This document shows positions 8,789-18,956 of a DNA stretch of 64,000 nt, in pieces. A model generated the notes under the pieces. That model worked only from the letters and a program-made list of their open reading frames with translations. It was not told where the DNA came from and did no database searches. The translations under genes were made by a program, and so were the position numbers. Each line of letters opens with the position of its first letter. The stretch's first letter is position 1. Source of the DNA: an uncultured virus (IMG/VR IMGVR_UViG_3300031087_000494). Its lineage: Duplodnaviria; Heunggongvirae; Uroviricota; Caudoviricetes. Location: the IMG/VR virus record IMGVR_UViG_3300031087_000494; one strand, written 5' to 3'.

Positions 8789-9733
8789 ATGAACAGGACC
8801 CAGGCCAAGAAGCAGAACCCCATCGCGGTGCGCTTCGACAAGAACGCCGTAGCACTCTTCGACCGGCGCAACGGCACCAAGCTTCGCTTCGCCATGGGCA
8901 AGTACGAGAAGGCCTCGAAGCCCGAACTCGTAGACATCAAGGTAAGCGACTTTTGTAGCTTCGGCTGCAGCTTCTGCTATCAGGGCTCCACGCTCTTCGG
9001 TGAGCACTCGACTCCTGAGAACATCGACTTCATCGTGAGCGAGCTCGCCAAGGCCAAGGTCTTCGAGGTCGCTATCGGAGGCGGCGAGCCCCTTGAGACG
9101 CCCCACATCGTGGACACCTTCAAGAAGTTCCACGCAGCTGGCATCACTCCCAACTTCACCACCAAGTTCCCCGGGCTCGTTCGGAAGCTCTGGCCGGAGA
9201 TCGGGCACATCATCGGTGGCTTTGCCTACAGCGCTGAGACGCCCGCTCAGATCCGTTCGAGCGCCAAGCTCTTCGGCAAGGGCAAGATCCCCATGAGCAA
9301 GGTCAACCTTCACTATGTGATGGGGCTTGGCGACCGGGATCACTTCAAGGAGTACCTCATGGCGGCTGAAGAGGTCGGCATGCGAGTCACGCTCCTCGGC
9401 TACAAGACCTCGGGTCGTGGCAAGGACCTGATCCCCTTCCCCTACGATTGGTGGATCGATGTGGTCCACGAGCTCGTGGCCGCGGGCAAGTGCCCGAGCC
9501 TGAGCATCGACACGCCCCTGGCCGAGGCCTACAAGGACGAGCTCCCCGTGGACAGCACGCACTTCCACATCCTCGAGGGTGCCTACTCGATGTATATTGA
9601 CGCGGTGTCCATGGAGATGGGTGCCTCGTCCTTCGACGAGAAGGAGGAGCTCGTGCCCTTCGACGGTGGCTGGCGGAAGCGCTACCGCAAGCGCTCCTTC
9701 GCCAAGGGTCAGTGGGGCGACCGCCTCGACTGA
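8789..9733 (+). CDS. Radical SAM protein (leaderless)
   Basis: CSFGCSFC (CxxxCxxC), AIGGGEP; TATGGT -10 element just upstream. Confidence 0.9.
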   Translation: MNRTQAKKQNPIAVRFDKNAVALFDRRNGTKLRFAMGKYEKASKPELVDIKVSDFCSFGCSFCYQGSTLFGEHSTPENIDFIVSELAKAKVFEVAIGGGEPLETPHIVDTFKKFHAAGITPNFTTKFPGLVRKLWPEIGHIIGGFAYSAETPAQIRSSAKLFGKGKIPMSKVNLHYVMGLGDRDHFKEYLMAAEEVGMRVTLLGYKTSGRGKDLIPFPYDWWIDVVHELVAAGKCPSLSIDTPLAEAYKDELPVDSTHFHILEGAYSMYIDAVSMEMGASSFDEKEELVPFDGGWRKRYRKRSFAKGQWGDRLD

Positions 9734-9772
9734 TGGTTTCCCGAGTCAGGATGATGTGATAGGTTCGGATCC

Positions 9773-10723
9773 ATGGAAACGCTTCTCGAATCCCCGGTGG
9801 CATCGAAGACCTCCGCACAGTCCGCCGAGGACCTGGCAGTTCGTGCCTACTACCGACCTTCGCCTCGACAAAACTACTGGAATCGAAGCGCGAAGCCTAC
9901 CCGCTGGTGCTACAGCCGCAGCGAACAGGATATCATCCTCAACCTGGCAGCAACAGCCTCGAATTCGCTCTCCACCGTGGCAGTGAAAGACGAGGACAAG
10001 GACTGGTACAGCGAGGGTGGGTCCGTGGTTCGCCGCTTTGAGCTCGAGGACGGGACGGCCGGCTACTTCAAGCCCCTGCAGTCCAACAGTCGCTCGGAAT
10101 CTGATTTCCGAGACTACGGGATGAGCTCCCTGGCTGCCACCATCAGCGAGATCAACTCCTACCGCATGGCGCAGCTCCTCGGCGGGGAGTACGCTGAGCT
10201 CGTGCCCACCACTGCGCTTCGCCGCATCGCCGGTGAGACCGGAACGCTTCAGCTCGAGGTCGACGAGACCATGCACCTGCCCGAAGACGAGCTCATGGCC
10301 GACCACCGGCGAGCTGCTCTCTTCGATTTCATCATCGGTAACCTCGACCGCCACGGGAGTAACTTCCTCTACGGCGCTGACGCATCGGGCCGTCGGCGCA
10401 TCAAGCTCATCGACAACAGCTTTAGCTTCCCGGGGAGCAAGGGTGGCTACCTCCTCAACCAGAGCGTCTTCGGCGATAACATGCGGAAGATCGGCCCCAG
10501 CGGCACCGTCCACGAGATCCCCTTCGAGGAGCTGGAGCTCCGGGATGAGGAGGTCGCGCTCATCGGGAAGGCTCGAGTGGGAGTCGAGGGCTGGCTCGGG
10601 GCTAGGACCATCGGCATCGAGCGAGGCAAGGCTACTCTGCGACGCCTCGACCACCTCCTCAAGGTGGGGAAGCTCGGTGGAGTCTCCGACTACTTCGACG
10701 GGATCTCCAGCTACGACTACTGA
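9773..10723 (+). CDS. PI3/PI4-kinase-like (HipA-related) kinase 1, no HCCH tag
   Basis: GYFKP, SEINSY, FDFIIGNLDRHGSN, LIDNSFSF. Confidence 0.8.
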   Translation: METLLESPVASKTSAQSAEDLAVRAYYRPSPRQNYWNRSAKPTRWCYSRSEQDIILNLAATASNSLSTVAVKDEDKDWYSEGGSVVRRFELEDGTAGYFKPLQSNSRSESDFRDYGMSSLAATISEINSYRMAQLLGGEYAELVPTTALRRIAGETGTLQLEVDETMHLPEDELMADHRRAALFDFIIGNLDRHGSNFLYGADASGRRRIKLIDNSFSFPGSKGGYLLNQSVFGDNMRKIGPSGTVHEIPFEELELRDEEVALIGKARVGVEGWLGARTIGIERGKATLRRLDHLLKVGKLGGVSDYFDGISSYDY

Positions 10724-10789
10724 GCGGATCTCGTTACTGTGCCTTCGTTAGAGAAGCTCCTGTCTAGAACCTGAAAGCAGGAGCCTCCA

Positions 10790-11956
10790 GTGAGCACTCA
10801 GCGCTACCACATCGGTAAGAACGGTCCCGCGCCCTGCAACGCCCATCCCGAGCGACCCAACGGTAGAGCATGTCGCTTTGGAGAGGATCGCCACGGATCC
10901 CAGGCTGAGATGATCGAGCTCTGGGAATCAGAGCAGGAGGCCGACCACGGGAGCTTCCTCGGTGGCGTATCTCGAGCTTCAGCTGCGAACAGCCATGAGC
11001 GCAGCAGGATGCAGAAGATGCTCAGCGACCCCCTCAGGTACTACTCTGTGTCTGAGGATGGCTTCGAGTACAGCCAGGAGGATGTGTCCGTGGCCCTGAA
11101 CCTCGGCTCTCTGCCCCTGAGCAACTTCGCTGTCGGTCGAGTCAAGGATCGAGACCTGTCCTGGAAGGCCGGAGGGACCACGAGCGTTCAGCGCTACGAG
11201 CTCATGGATGGCTCCATCGGCTACTTCAAGAGCTTCCAGGAAAACAGCCGCTACGACGAGCACGAGTTCCGATCCTTCGGTACGAGCACTCTAGGTGCGG
11301 CCATCAACGAGGTCAATGCCCGACGAATGGCTCAGCTCCTCGGTTCGAGCTACGAGAAGCTCATTCCTGAGACAGTGCTGCGAGAGATCGACGGGGAGAT
11401 CGGGAGCTTCCAGCGGGAAGTGCCCGAATCGAGCGAGATGCCTCCCAACTTTCACCGGAGCGCAGAGCTTCGAGAGGACTACCGGAAGGCAGCGATCTTC
11501 GACTTCGTCATCGGGAACCTGGATCGCCATGACGCCAACTTCCTCTACAGCGATGTGGCCGAATCCGATGGATCGACCTCCAAGAGGATTCGGCTCATCG
11601 ACAACGCCTACAGCTTTCCAGCACCTTCGGATAAGCCCGTGGTCAATGACTCCATGTTCTCAGACAACGACGGAACCGATGGGGACTTCGAGCTCGATGA
11701 GAGCGGGGAAGAGGTAGAGTTCGAGGGCTACTTCATGGAGAACGACGAGTTCAAGCTCACTCCCGAAGAGCTCCAGGAGCTCAAGCGGGCCCGGAGAGGC
11801 GTTCGAGGCTGGATGCGCCAGGGCACCATCGCACAGGAGCGCGGGCAGGCCGTGGTCAACCGCATCGACAGGCTTACGACTGAAGGCAGAATGCTCTCCC
11901 TTCGGGACCACATCGACGAGCTCAACCGTACGATTAGAACTCCCTCCAGTAGCTAA
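10790..11956 (+). CDS. PI3/PI4-kinase-like kinase 2 with HCCH tag
   Basis: YHIGKNGPAPCNAHPERPNGRACRFG..H; FDFVIGNLDRHDAN, LIDN. Confidence 0.85.
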   Translation: MSTQRYHIGKNGPAPCNAHPERPNGRACRFGEDRHGSQAEMIELWESEQEADHGSFLGGVSRASAANSHERSRMQKMLSDPLRYYSVSEDGFEYSQEDVSVALNLGSLPLSNFAVGRVKDRDLSWKAGGTTSVQRYELMDGSIGYFKSFQENSRYDEHEFRSFGTSTLGAAINEVNARRMAQLLGSSYEKLIPETVLREIDGEIGSFQREVPESSEMPPNFHRSAELREDYRKAAIFDFVIGNLDRHDANFLYSDVAESDGSTSKRIRLIDNAYSFPAPSDKPVVNDSMFSDNDGTDGDFELDESGEEVEFEGYFMENDEFKLTPEELQELKRARRGVRGWMRQGTIAQERGQAVVNRIDRLTTEGRMLSLRDHIDELNRTIRTPSSS

Positions 11957-11972
11957 GAACTGGAGAATCACC

Positions 11973-13151
11973 TTGGGCGCACAGAAGTACCACATCGGCA
12001 AGAACGGGCCAGCTCCCTGTAACGCTCACCCCGAGCGTCCCAACGGTCGAGCCTGCCGCTTCGGTGCGGATGACCACGGCACCAGGGCTGAGGTCACCGA
12101 GCTCTGGGAGGCTCGTCAGACAGCTGAGAACGAGGCCTACCTCGAGAGCGCCAGCAAGAGCCTTGGAAGGCCACTGAGCTACGACGAGCGCAGCACTGTG
12201 AAGCACCTGAGCGACCGAACGAAGTACCGGCCGCCGAAGACGGTGGAGGCGCGCTACGGAAGCAGCGAGCAGGCGGTTGCCATGAAGCTTGCCCTGAGCA
12301 ATCTCAGCGAGCTCGCCCACAGCCCCATCGTGGGCAGGGACGATGACTGGGACAACCTCGGCTCCACATCCGTGGATCGCTACGAGCTCAAGAATGGCGC
12401 GGTGGGCTATTTCAAGGCCTTCTCGAACAACAGCTACGACGAGGGTTTCTTCAGGGGTAAGTACGGAGTGAGCTCCATCGGCGCATCCATCAACGAGGTC
12501 AATGCCTACCGTATGGGTCAGCTCCTCGGAGGCGAGTTCTCAAAGCTCGTGCCGGAGACAACTTTCCGGGAGGTCTACGGCCGGCTCGGAACCATCCAGC
12601 AGGAAGTTCCAGAGAACGAAGCCGTAAGCCGTAGCTTCACCGAGAGCTCACTCCTCAAGGATGACTACAAGCGAGCTGCCATCTTTGATTTCGTCATCGG
12701 CAATCTTGATCGTCACGGATTCAACTACCTCTACGGAGTCGAGGAGGGTCCAGATGGTGAACCCGTGAGTAGGTTGCGGCTCATCGACAACTCCTTCAGC
12801 TTTCCTGATCCCCAGAAAGCCTCCGCGGTCAATGCGAGCTCATTCTCGGATAACACTGGAGCAGGTGAAGGCAAGAGTACCTGGGCTCCTGAGTACGGCG
12901 CTCGGGCTGGCGAGCTCAAGCTCACCGAGGCTGATCGTGAAGCCCTGACTAGAGCTCGCGCTGGAGTGCGTGAGTGGATCGACGGAAAGACCATCGGTTC
13001 TCGGAGAGGCTTCGCCACCATCAGACGCATCGATCATCTGCTCGACAAGGGCGAAGTTCCCAACTTCTCCCAGTACCACTACAAGCACTACGCATCGCCA
13101 GACTGGTATGTGCCCGAGGAAGAGATCGAGGACGAGGGCTACTGGGACTAG
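11973..13151 (+). CDS. PI3/PI4-kinase-like kinase 3 with HCCH tag
   Basis: TTG start after GGAG; same tag and kinase motifs. Confidence 0.85.
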   Translation: MGAQKYHIGKNGPAPCNAHPERPNGRACRFGADDHGTRAEVTELWEARQTAENEAYLESASKSLGRPLSYDERSTVKHLSDRTKYRPPKTVEARYGSSEQAVAMKLALSNLSELAHSPIVGRDDDWDNLGSTSVDRYELKNGAVGYFKAFSNNSYDEGFFRGKYGVSSIGASINEVNAYRMGQLLGGEFSKLVPETTFREVYGRLGTIQQEVPENEAVSRSFTESSLLKDDYKRAAIFDFVIGNLDRHGFNYLYGVEEGPDGEPVSRLRLIDNSFSFPDPQKASAVNASSFSDNTGAGEGKSTWAPEYGARAGELKLTEADREALTRARAGVREWIDGKTIGSRRGFATIRRIDHLLDKGEVPNFSQYHYKHYASPDWYVPEEEIEDEGYWD

Positions 13152-13214
13152 GCCCGCTGGAGCTGTTAGAACAGTGTCCGCATCGAACTACAGCTGAGAT
13201 CTGGAGAAACTACC

Positions 13215-14342
13215 TTGGGCGCACAGAAGTACCACATCGGGAAGAACGGCCCCGGCCCCTGCAACGCGCATCCCGAGCGGCCAAACGGTCGCGCCTGCCG
13301 ATTCGGTGAGGAGCTCCACGGCACCGAAGCTGAGATGTGGAAGCTCTGGGAGACCGAACAGGAAGAGCTCAACGGCGACCATCTCGCGGGTGCTCGCAAG
13401 GAAGATCCGGACATCGAGCTCCGCAACAGGGCAACCAACAGCCTCAGCGACCAGTCCAAGTACACTCCTCTCGCTAAGGCAGTGAGCTACAGCGACGAGG
13501 ATCGAGCCATCGCCATGAGGCTTGCGCTGAGCAACATCAGCAAGCTCTCCTACATGGAGATCCCCGGCGAGGATGAGAGCTGGCTCACCAACGGAATCAG
13601 CACGGTGCAGCGCTACGAGCTCGAGGATGGGAACTACGGCTACTTCAAGCCCTTCGGCGAGAACAGCTACCAGGAGAGCGAGTTCGCTAACTTCGGAACC
13701 AACACGCTCCAGGCTGCCATCAGTGAGGTCAATGCTCACAGGCTCTCTCGGGCCATGGGTCCGGGCTTCGACAAGCTGGTTCCCGAAACCGTGCTCAGAG
13801 AGATCGACGGAAAGCTCGGCTCCATCCAGCGAGAGGTCTATGAGGACGCTGACTCGCTTCGAAGCTTTGAGGAAGTGCCTGAACTTCGAGAGGACTTCAG
13901 GAAGGCAGCGATCTTCGACTTCGTTCTCGGGAACCTGGACCGCCACGATCAGAACATGCTCTTCGGAGCTGAGCCTGACCACAAGGGCGGCCTTCGAGAC
14001 CGCATTCGACTCATCGACAACTCCTTCGGATTTCCCGACCCAACTAGAGCCGTCCACTACAACTGGAGTATCTTCACCGAGAACAAACCTCTTCGCTCGG
14101 ATAGAACCGACTACTACAGCACAGGCTACAGGATTCCCGATGGCGAGCTTTCGCTCCAGAAAGATGAGCTGAAAGCACTGAAGAGCGCTCGGGCTGAAGT
14201 TCAGGGCTGGGTCGACTCGAGGACCATCGATGCAGACCGGGGCCAGGCTACGATGGAGCGCATCGACTACCTCCTCGAACAGGAGCGAATCTCACCCCTC
14301 AATGGCTACTTGCAGGATAGCGGTCAGACCGATCCGTTCTGA
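13215..14342 (+). CDS. PI3/PI4-kinase-like kinase 4 with HCCH tag
   Basis: TTG start after GGAG; same tag and kinase motifs. Confidence 0.85.
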   Translation: MGAQKYHIGKNGPGPCNAHPERPNGRACRFGEELHGTEAEMWKLWETEQEELNGDHLAGARKEDPDIELRNRATNSLSDQSKYTPLAKAVSYSDEDRAIAMRLALSNISKLSYMEIPGEDESWLTNGISTVQRYELEDGNYGYFKPFGENSYQESEFANFGTNTLQAAISEVNAHRLSRAMGPGFDKLVPETVLREIDGKLGSIQREVYEDADSLRSFEEVPELREDFRKAAIFDFVLGNLDRHDQNMLFGAEPDHKGGLRDRIRLIDNSFGFPDPTRAVHYNWSIFTENKPLRSDRTDYYSTGYRIPDGELSLQKDELKALKSARAEVQGWVDSRTIDADRGQATMERIDYLLEQERISPLNGYLQDSGQTDPF

Positions 14343-14383
14343 GTTTCGGTATGGTAGCGCCATAGTCCAGAGGGAGACGCACC

Positions 14384-14629
14384 ATGCGCGCAAAGATTCG
14401 CCAGTTCAGTGCCGGCAAGTGGAAGACCATCGAGGTCCTCACCGACCCTCTTCGAGTTCGCGCGGAGGGAGTTGCTCCCGAGGACAACTTTGACTCCAAA
14501 GGCTGGGCGGAGCACCTGCCACCAGCCCTCGTAGAGGGTAAGTCAACCCAGTTCCTCGCCGACCCAGAGGGCTGGCTCACCACCATGAGCCACATGGCCT
14601 ACACTCGCATCACGGTGCAGATCCTCTAG
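14384..14629 (+). CDS. Small hypothetical protein
   Basis: GAGGGAG RBS, typical codon usage. Confidence 0.65.
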   Translation: MRAKIRQFSAGKWKTIEVLTDPLRVRAEGVAPEDNFDSKGWAEHLPPALVEGKSTQFLADPEGWLTTMSHMAYTRITVQIL

Positions 14630-14639
14630 CTGCCAGCCT

Positions 14640-14678
14640 AAGCCCACACGCATCTTCCGACAAATGCGTGTGGGCTTT
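14640..14678 (+). terminator. Terminator hairpin
   Basis: AAGCCCACACGCAT / ATGCGTGTGGGCTT. Confidence 0.65.
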
Positions 14679-14795
14679 CGCTATGTGGGGCGCCTAGAGC
14701 TGATCCTACTGCCGCTGAGCACCATCTCCTCCCCTGCAACCACCCGGAAGTTCGGCGTTAGAAACGAGCGCAGAGCAACTCGGAGGAGACCCACC

Positions 14796-17639
14796 ATGGC
14801 AAAGGGCCGGCAGCACATCAACGATGACGGCAACATCACACAATGCAGTGTGACCGTCGGCACATGCCCCTTCGAGGCTCGAGGTCACTACGACACTCGA
14901 GAGGAAGCTGAGGCCGCCTACGCCGACCAGCAGGAGCACGGCCCAGTGGGATCGAGCTTCCGCAGGGCTCGCAGCCCCAAGACCGCAGGATTCAGCCTCG
15001 AGGAAGGAGGCTACTACGGAGAAATGAAGCCCCGCTCCATCCAGATCGACGCCCTCAATGAGACCGCCAACGCCCTCCTCGAGGACGGCAACACTCAGCT
15101 CGTGGCCGCCTGTGGAACCGGCAAGTCCTACATGGGCCGTCAGCTCATGCGTCGGATGATGGATGAGGAGGATGCCAACGGTGTGGCCATCGTGCTCACA
15201 TCTTCCCGGAAGCTCGCCGTGGACACCGCGGCCGACCTTCGTCCCGATGCCAATGGGGAATACGACAGGGCCATCGGCGACTACGGCAAGGACTACGAGG
15301 TCGAGGTCATCGAGATCCACTCGGACTCTAAGGATGGCATCAAGGTAGACGGAGCTGTTTCACCTGAGCGCATCGCCGAACGCTGGAAAGCAGCCCTGGA
15401 CGAGGGCAAGCGAGTCGTCATCGTCTCTACCTACCAGTCTTCGGACAAGGTTCAGCAGGTGCAGGCGCTCATCGGTGAGCGCGCCGAAGCCGATCTCCTC
15501 ATGAACGACGAGGCCCACAACATCCTAGGCCAGAAGAAGTCGGTGAGCTCCGATGAGAACGCCGAGAACTCAGGCTACCGGAGCTTCGTCAACGAGATCC
15601 CCGGTGCCATCCAGGCTAAGCACCGGCTCTACGCCACCGCTACTCCTCCCCTAGCTGACTCTCCCGACGACGACGAGACATCCGCCAAGGGTGAGACCCG
15701 GGAGGAGCAGATCGAAGCTCTCCAGGCCCAGGTCGCCAAGATGAGCACAAACGGCAAGGAGCGCCTCACGGTCTACTCAGACGATGAGAAGATCCTCGGC
15801 CGGGTCAGTGGAGCCATCACCCAGCAGGCTGCGATTTCAGAGGGCTACCTCACGAAGCCCGAGTACCAGCTTCGTTCGGCGGTTGTTCGCGGACAGGCCA
15901 CCGACGCCAATGGATTCGTTGACGCTGGAGGAAACTACACCACTGCCCCGACAGACCCCCAGGGCCCGCGCACGCTCACTGCTCAGACCTACAGCGCCGT
16001 GAGCGCTACGCTGCAGGCCATGACAGCAGACCCCGTCAGGGATGAGGATGGAAAGCTCCGCAACCCCGTCCACAACGCTCTCGCCTACACGGGCTCCATC
16101 GACCAGGCTCGGGCCTTCCGGGACAACTTCCGAGAGGTTGCCATCGAGCAGAGTGGCCGCATGGATCTTGAGACCGCAACGGCCAATCAGAACGCCTCTG
16201 ACCCGGAGCTTCGCCGAAGAGCACGGCTTCGGCTCATCGCCGAGCACGGTGAGGCCGTCGCTGCCTACTCGGGAGAGACCAGAGAGGCCAAGGATGGCCG
16301 CGCCAAGGCGTTCTCCATGTTCAAGGGCAGGGACTACACCGAGCAGGATGCTCAGGGCGGCTGGTCGCCCCACAAGAAGGTGCTCGCCAATGTGGACATC
16401 TTCTCAGAGGGCATCTCCATCAACGAGATCGACACGGTGGTGATCTCTGACCAGTCCAAGACATCCGAGCGAGCCATGACTCAGGCCATCGGCCGATCCC
16501 TGAGGACAGTCGGTGGCAACACGCAGAAGAACACCGGCCATGTCATCATCCCGCAGGTGGTCAGCGAGGACGGGAAGGAGCTCAACGGTGGCTTCATCAC
16601 CGCCGCGAGCTACGGAGCAACCCGGGTAGAGCGCGCAGTGTCCACGAGGAAGCTTAAGGGTGAGGCAGTTCCTGCTGATGAGACCACCACTGTGGCCCAC
16701 TACGATGCGACCGGCAAGCTCGTGGACAGGAAGCTCGCCGCCGACATTTCCAGGACCCATGTGGACTCCTCCGCTAAGCTCCTCGCCGCTCAGGCCATCG
16801 AGCGCGCAGATCAGGCGATTCGATCCGCAACGGGCCTGGGCAAGGCAGAGGCAGATCGCTATAAGAAGGCATCGAAGCTCGAGCAGGCAGCCATGCAGAA
16901 GAGCTTCATCGCAAAGCGCGCAGATGAGGGCAGGGATCCGAGCTGGGGCGTTGCCCACGACGCTCTCCAGAGCGTACCCAGCTCCGACATGGCCACGGTA
17001 CGCCAGGCAGGTCGTGTCGTGACAGCCGCCCTCAGCGCCAGAGACTTCAGCGCGGTTCCGACCTCAGTCACCGACGGGCTCTCCCGGGCCGGCATCATCC
17101 GCCGGGCGGGAGGCATCGGAGACGGCCCCACGAAGGCAGAGCGCCGGGAGCTCGCCCTGAGCGCCTCTCAGGCCATGGCGGGCGCCTTCGTGCTACAGGG
17201 TGGCCAGGAAGAGCACCCGGACATCCACGCCGTGCTCTCCCAGGGTGTCAGCACCAAGGAAGCAGTGTTCTACATGAACACCGGCGGCAAGAGGGGCAGC
17301 AAGGCAGACTACGATAGGCTCGTAAACAACTACGAGAGCCTCGTGGGCAGGAGCGATGACGCCATGGAGAGAATCTACGGTGCCATCGAGAACTCCAAGA
17401 GCGCCACAAAGGTGCCCAGCGCAAGCCTCGCGGGCATCTTGAGCCAGAGGGCGGGTGCAACGGGACCAGCGAAGGCTGAGGTCTTCGACAGGCTCTCCGC
17501 GCTGCAGGAAACCGCAGCCCAGAGAGCTTCTGAGGCAGCAGCCTCAGGAAGTGCTGGCTACGAGCTCGACTCCTCGATGGTGTCCCGCAACGGAACCCTG
17601 AAGGTTCCCGCCCAGAAGAAGCTCGCCGAGCTCATCTGA
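14796..17639 (+). CDS. SF2 helicase/ATPase (ResIII / Type ISP-like) with HCCH tag
   Basis: GGAGGAG RBS; AACGTGKS, STYQS, DEAHN, ATATP, FSEGISI, QAIGRSLR. Confidence 0.85.
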   Translation: MAKGRQHINDDGNITQCSVTVGTCPFEARGHYDTREEAEAAYADQQEHGPVGSSFRRARSPKTAGFSLEEGGYYGEMKPRSIQIDALNETANALLEDGNTQLVAACGTGKSYMGRQLMRRMMDEEDANGVAIVLTSSRKLAVDTAADLRPDANGEYDRAIGDYGKDYEVEVIEIHSDSKDGIKVDGAVSPERIAERWKAALDEGKRVVIVSTYQSSDKVQQVQALIGERAEADLLMNDEAHNILGQKKSVSSDENAENSGYRSFVNEIPGAIQAKHRLYATATPPLADSPDDDETSAKGETREEQIEALQAQVAKMSTNGKERLTVYSDDEKILGRVSGAITQQAAISEGYLTKPEYQLRSAVVRGQATDANGFVDAGGNYTTAPTDPQGPRTLTAQTYSAVSATLQAMTADPVRDEDGKLRNPVHNALAYTGSIDQARAFRDNFREVAIEQSGRMDLETATANQNASDPELRRRARLRLIAEHGEAVAAYSGETREAKDGRAKAFSMFKGRDYTEQDAQGGWSPHKKVLANVDIFSEGISINEIDTVVISDQSKTSERAMTQAIGRSLRTVGGNTQKNTGHVIIPQVVSEDGKELNGGFITAASYGATRVERAVSTRKLKGEAVPADETTTVAHYDATGKLVDRKLAADISRTHVDSSAKLLAAQAIERADQAIRSATGLGKAEADRYKKASKLEQAAMQKSFIAKRADEGRDPSWGVAHDALQSVPSSDMATVRQAGRVVTAALSARDFSAVPTSVTDGLSRAGIIRRAGGIGDGPTKAERRELALSASQAMAGAFVLQGGQEEHPDIHAVLSQGVSTKEAVFYMNTGGKRGSKADYDRLVNNYESLVGRSDDAMERIYGAIENSKSATKVPSASLAGILSQRAGATGPAKAEVFDRLSALQETAAQRASEAAASGSAGYELDSSMVSRNGTLKVPAQKKLAELI

Positions 17640-17657
17640 GCGTAGTTCCAGCCGCAG

Positions 17658-17695
17658 GGAAGGGCGGACAGCTGATGATAGCTGTCCGCCCTTCC
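17658..17695. terminator. Bidirectional terminator hairpin between convergent genes
   Basis: 16-bp perfect inverted repeat GGAAGGGCGGACAGCT/AGCTGTCCGCCCTTCC. Confidence 0.7.
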
Positions 17696-17705
17696 TCGTC
17701 TTAGC

Positions 17706-18299
17706 TTAGCCCTTGAGCTCAGCCTCACGCTTGGCTCGGTGCTCAGCCTTAGCCTGGAGCTTGGCCTCGGCCCGACGCTCTGCGGCCTCAATTTCCTCGG
17801 CCGCCTTCTCGGCCTTCAGGAGCACTCGCTGCGCCTCCTCGACGGCCTTTCGAGCGCTCTCCAGGCTCTTGGCCTCGGCCTGGATTCGCTCGGCCTTCTG
17901 AGCATCCTTCCAGACGCGCACCTTCTGGCGGATGAGCTTGGCGAAGTCCCGGTCGCTCATGTGGAGGAACTCTCGGACCATGGAGCCACCCTCGAACTGG
18001 ATGCTGTGGCCGTTGAGCTTGACGAACTTGCCGAGGCCGTAGATCCAGCCGAGCTCACCGAGGATCTCCTTGGCCTTGTGATTGGGCACGGCGTAGTAGT
18101 CGGGGATGCACTTTCGGAAGACTCGCTGGCCGATCTCAGCGAGATTGCGGATTCGCTTCTCGACGAGCTCACGCTGCTCGTCTCGCGTTCCGTCGATGCG
18201 CGCCTGGATCTCCCGGAGTTCCTTCTGGAGCTCAGCCTCGGCCTCGAAGAGGGCGTTGTAGGCGACGACGGTCTTGTTGTTGGCGGTGACAGTGTTCAT
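17706..18299 (-). CDS. Hypothetical coiled-coil protein
   Basis: GAAGGA RBS; typical codon usage on minus strand. Confidence 0.75.
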   Translation of the reverse strand: MNTVTANNKTVVAYNALFEAEAELQKELREIQARIDGTRDEQRELVEKRIRNLAEIGQRVFRKCIPDYYAVPNHKAKEILGELGWIYGLGKFVKLNGHSIQFEGGSMVREFLHMSDRDFAKLIRQKVRVWKDAQKAERIQAEAKSLESARKAVEEAQRVLLKAEKAAEEIEAAERRAEAKLQAKAEHRAKREAELKG

Positions 18300-18325
18300 G
18301 GTTCTATTTCCTTCTCGTAGTGTCT

Positions 18326-18520
18326 TCACTTGCTAGCAGCTGCGCCGGAGATGGCGAGCTCATCGATCTGGTCCCGGAGCCGGCTGATCTCTTCCTGGTA
18401 GGCTCGAAGGAGCCTCGAGGGATGGGATCCGATGGGCATGGGACCGTTGCCGTAGCAGGGACGGCCCTGCTTCGCTCCGCAGACGGCGCAGATGGCTGCC
18501 CGTTCGGTGGGGTAGCTCAT
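18326..18520 (-). CDS. Small Zn-finger-like protein (CAVCGAKQGRPC..H.SR)
   Basis: GGAGG RBS; ATGA overlap with the upstream Pth2-like gene. Confidence 0.7.
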   Translation of the reverse strand: MSYPTERAAICAVCGAKQGRPCYGNGPMPIGSHPSRLLRAYQEEISRLRDQIDELAISGAAASK

Positions 18521-18900
18521 GCTCCGACCTCCCCGCTGTGCTTGTTCACAGCACCGGCTCGACGGCCGGCGAGGGGGAGCCCCGAGAGGAAGCGCCGATT
18601 CTCAGCGTGGGGAACGAAGGCCACGGAGGTGAGGCTGCCCCCAAGATCGGGCTCCCGGAAGGGAATGGGAGTGAGTCCCCGGCGAAGTGCCCTCTCGAGG
18701 AGAAGCTCAAGGCTTCCAGAGTCCTCGGTCTGGAGGGCGACGATGTACTGGCTCTCCTCGTGCCACTGCTGGAACTCGGAGTGCTTAGAAATAGCGAAAG
18801 CAGCGACTCCATGGGCCGTCTGGGCGATCTGGTAGCCCGCGGTCAAGTCGCTGCGTGTGATGATGTAGAGAGGGTGGGCGGAAACCTAGGTGGGAGCCAT
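18517..18900 (-). CDS. Pth2-like peptidyl-tRNA hydrolase with in-frame TAG at codon 5 (readthrough candidate)
   Basis: AAGGAAG RBS, ATG GCT CCC ACC TAG GTT...; LYIITRSDL..G.QIAQTAH, FREPDLGGSLTSVA. Confidence 0.75.
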
Positions 18901-18956
18901 GGTTCTCTTCCTTACTTTGTCGGATGGATCTTCTGAGTGAACGGCTGTTGCCGTCG

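Noticed and set aside
10790..13330. Nucleotide repeats at kinase 5' ends as a CRISPR array or DGR template/variable repeat
   Set aside because: They are coding copies of the HCCH tag with largely synonymous differences; no spacer array or reverse transcriptase is present.
14664..14795. Longer ORF-track starts (e.g. 14664, 2555, 8744, 35873, 36931, 37768, 43602)
   Set aside because: The extensions cross terminators or promoters; downstream starts have an RBS or leaderless -10 geometry.
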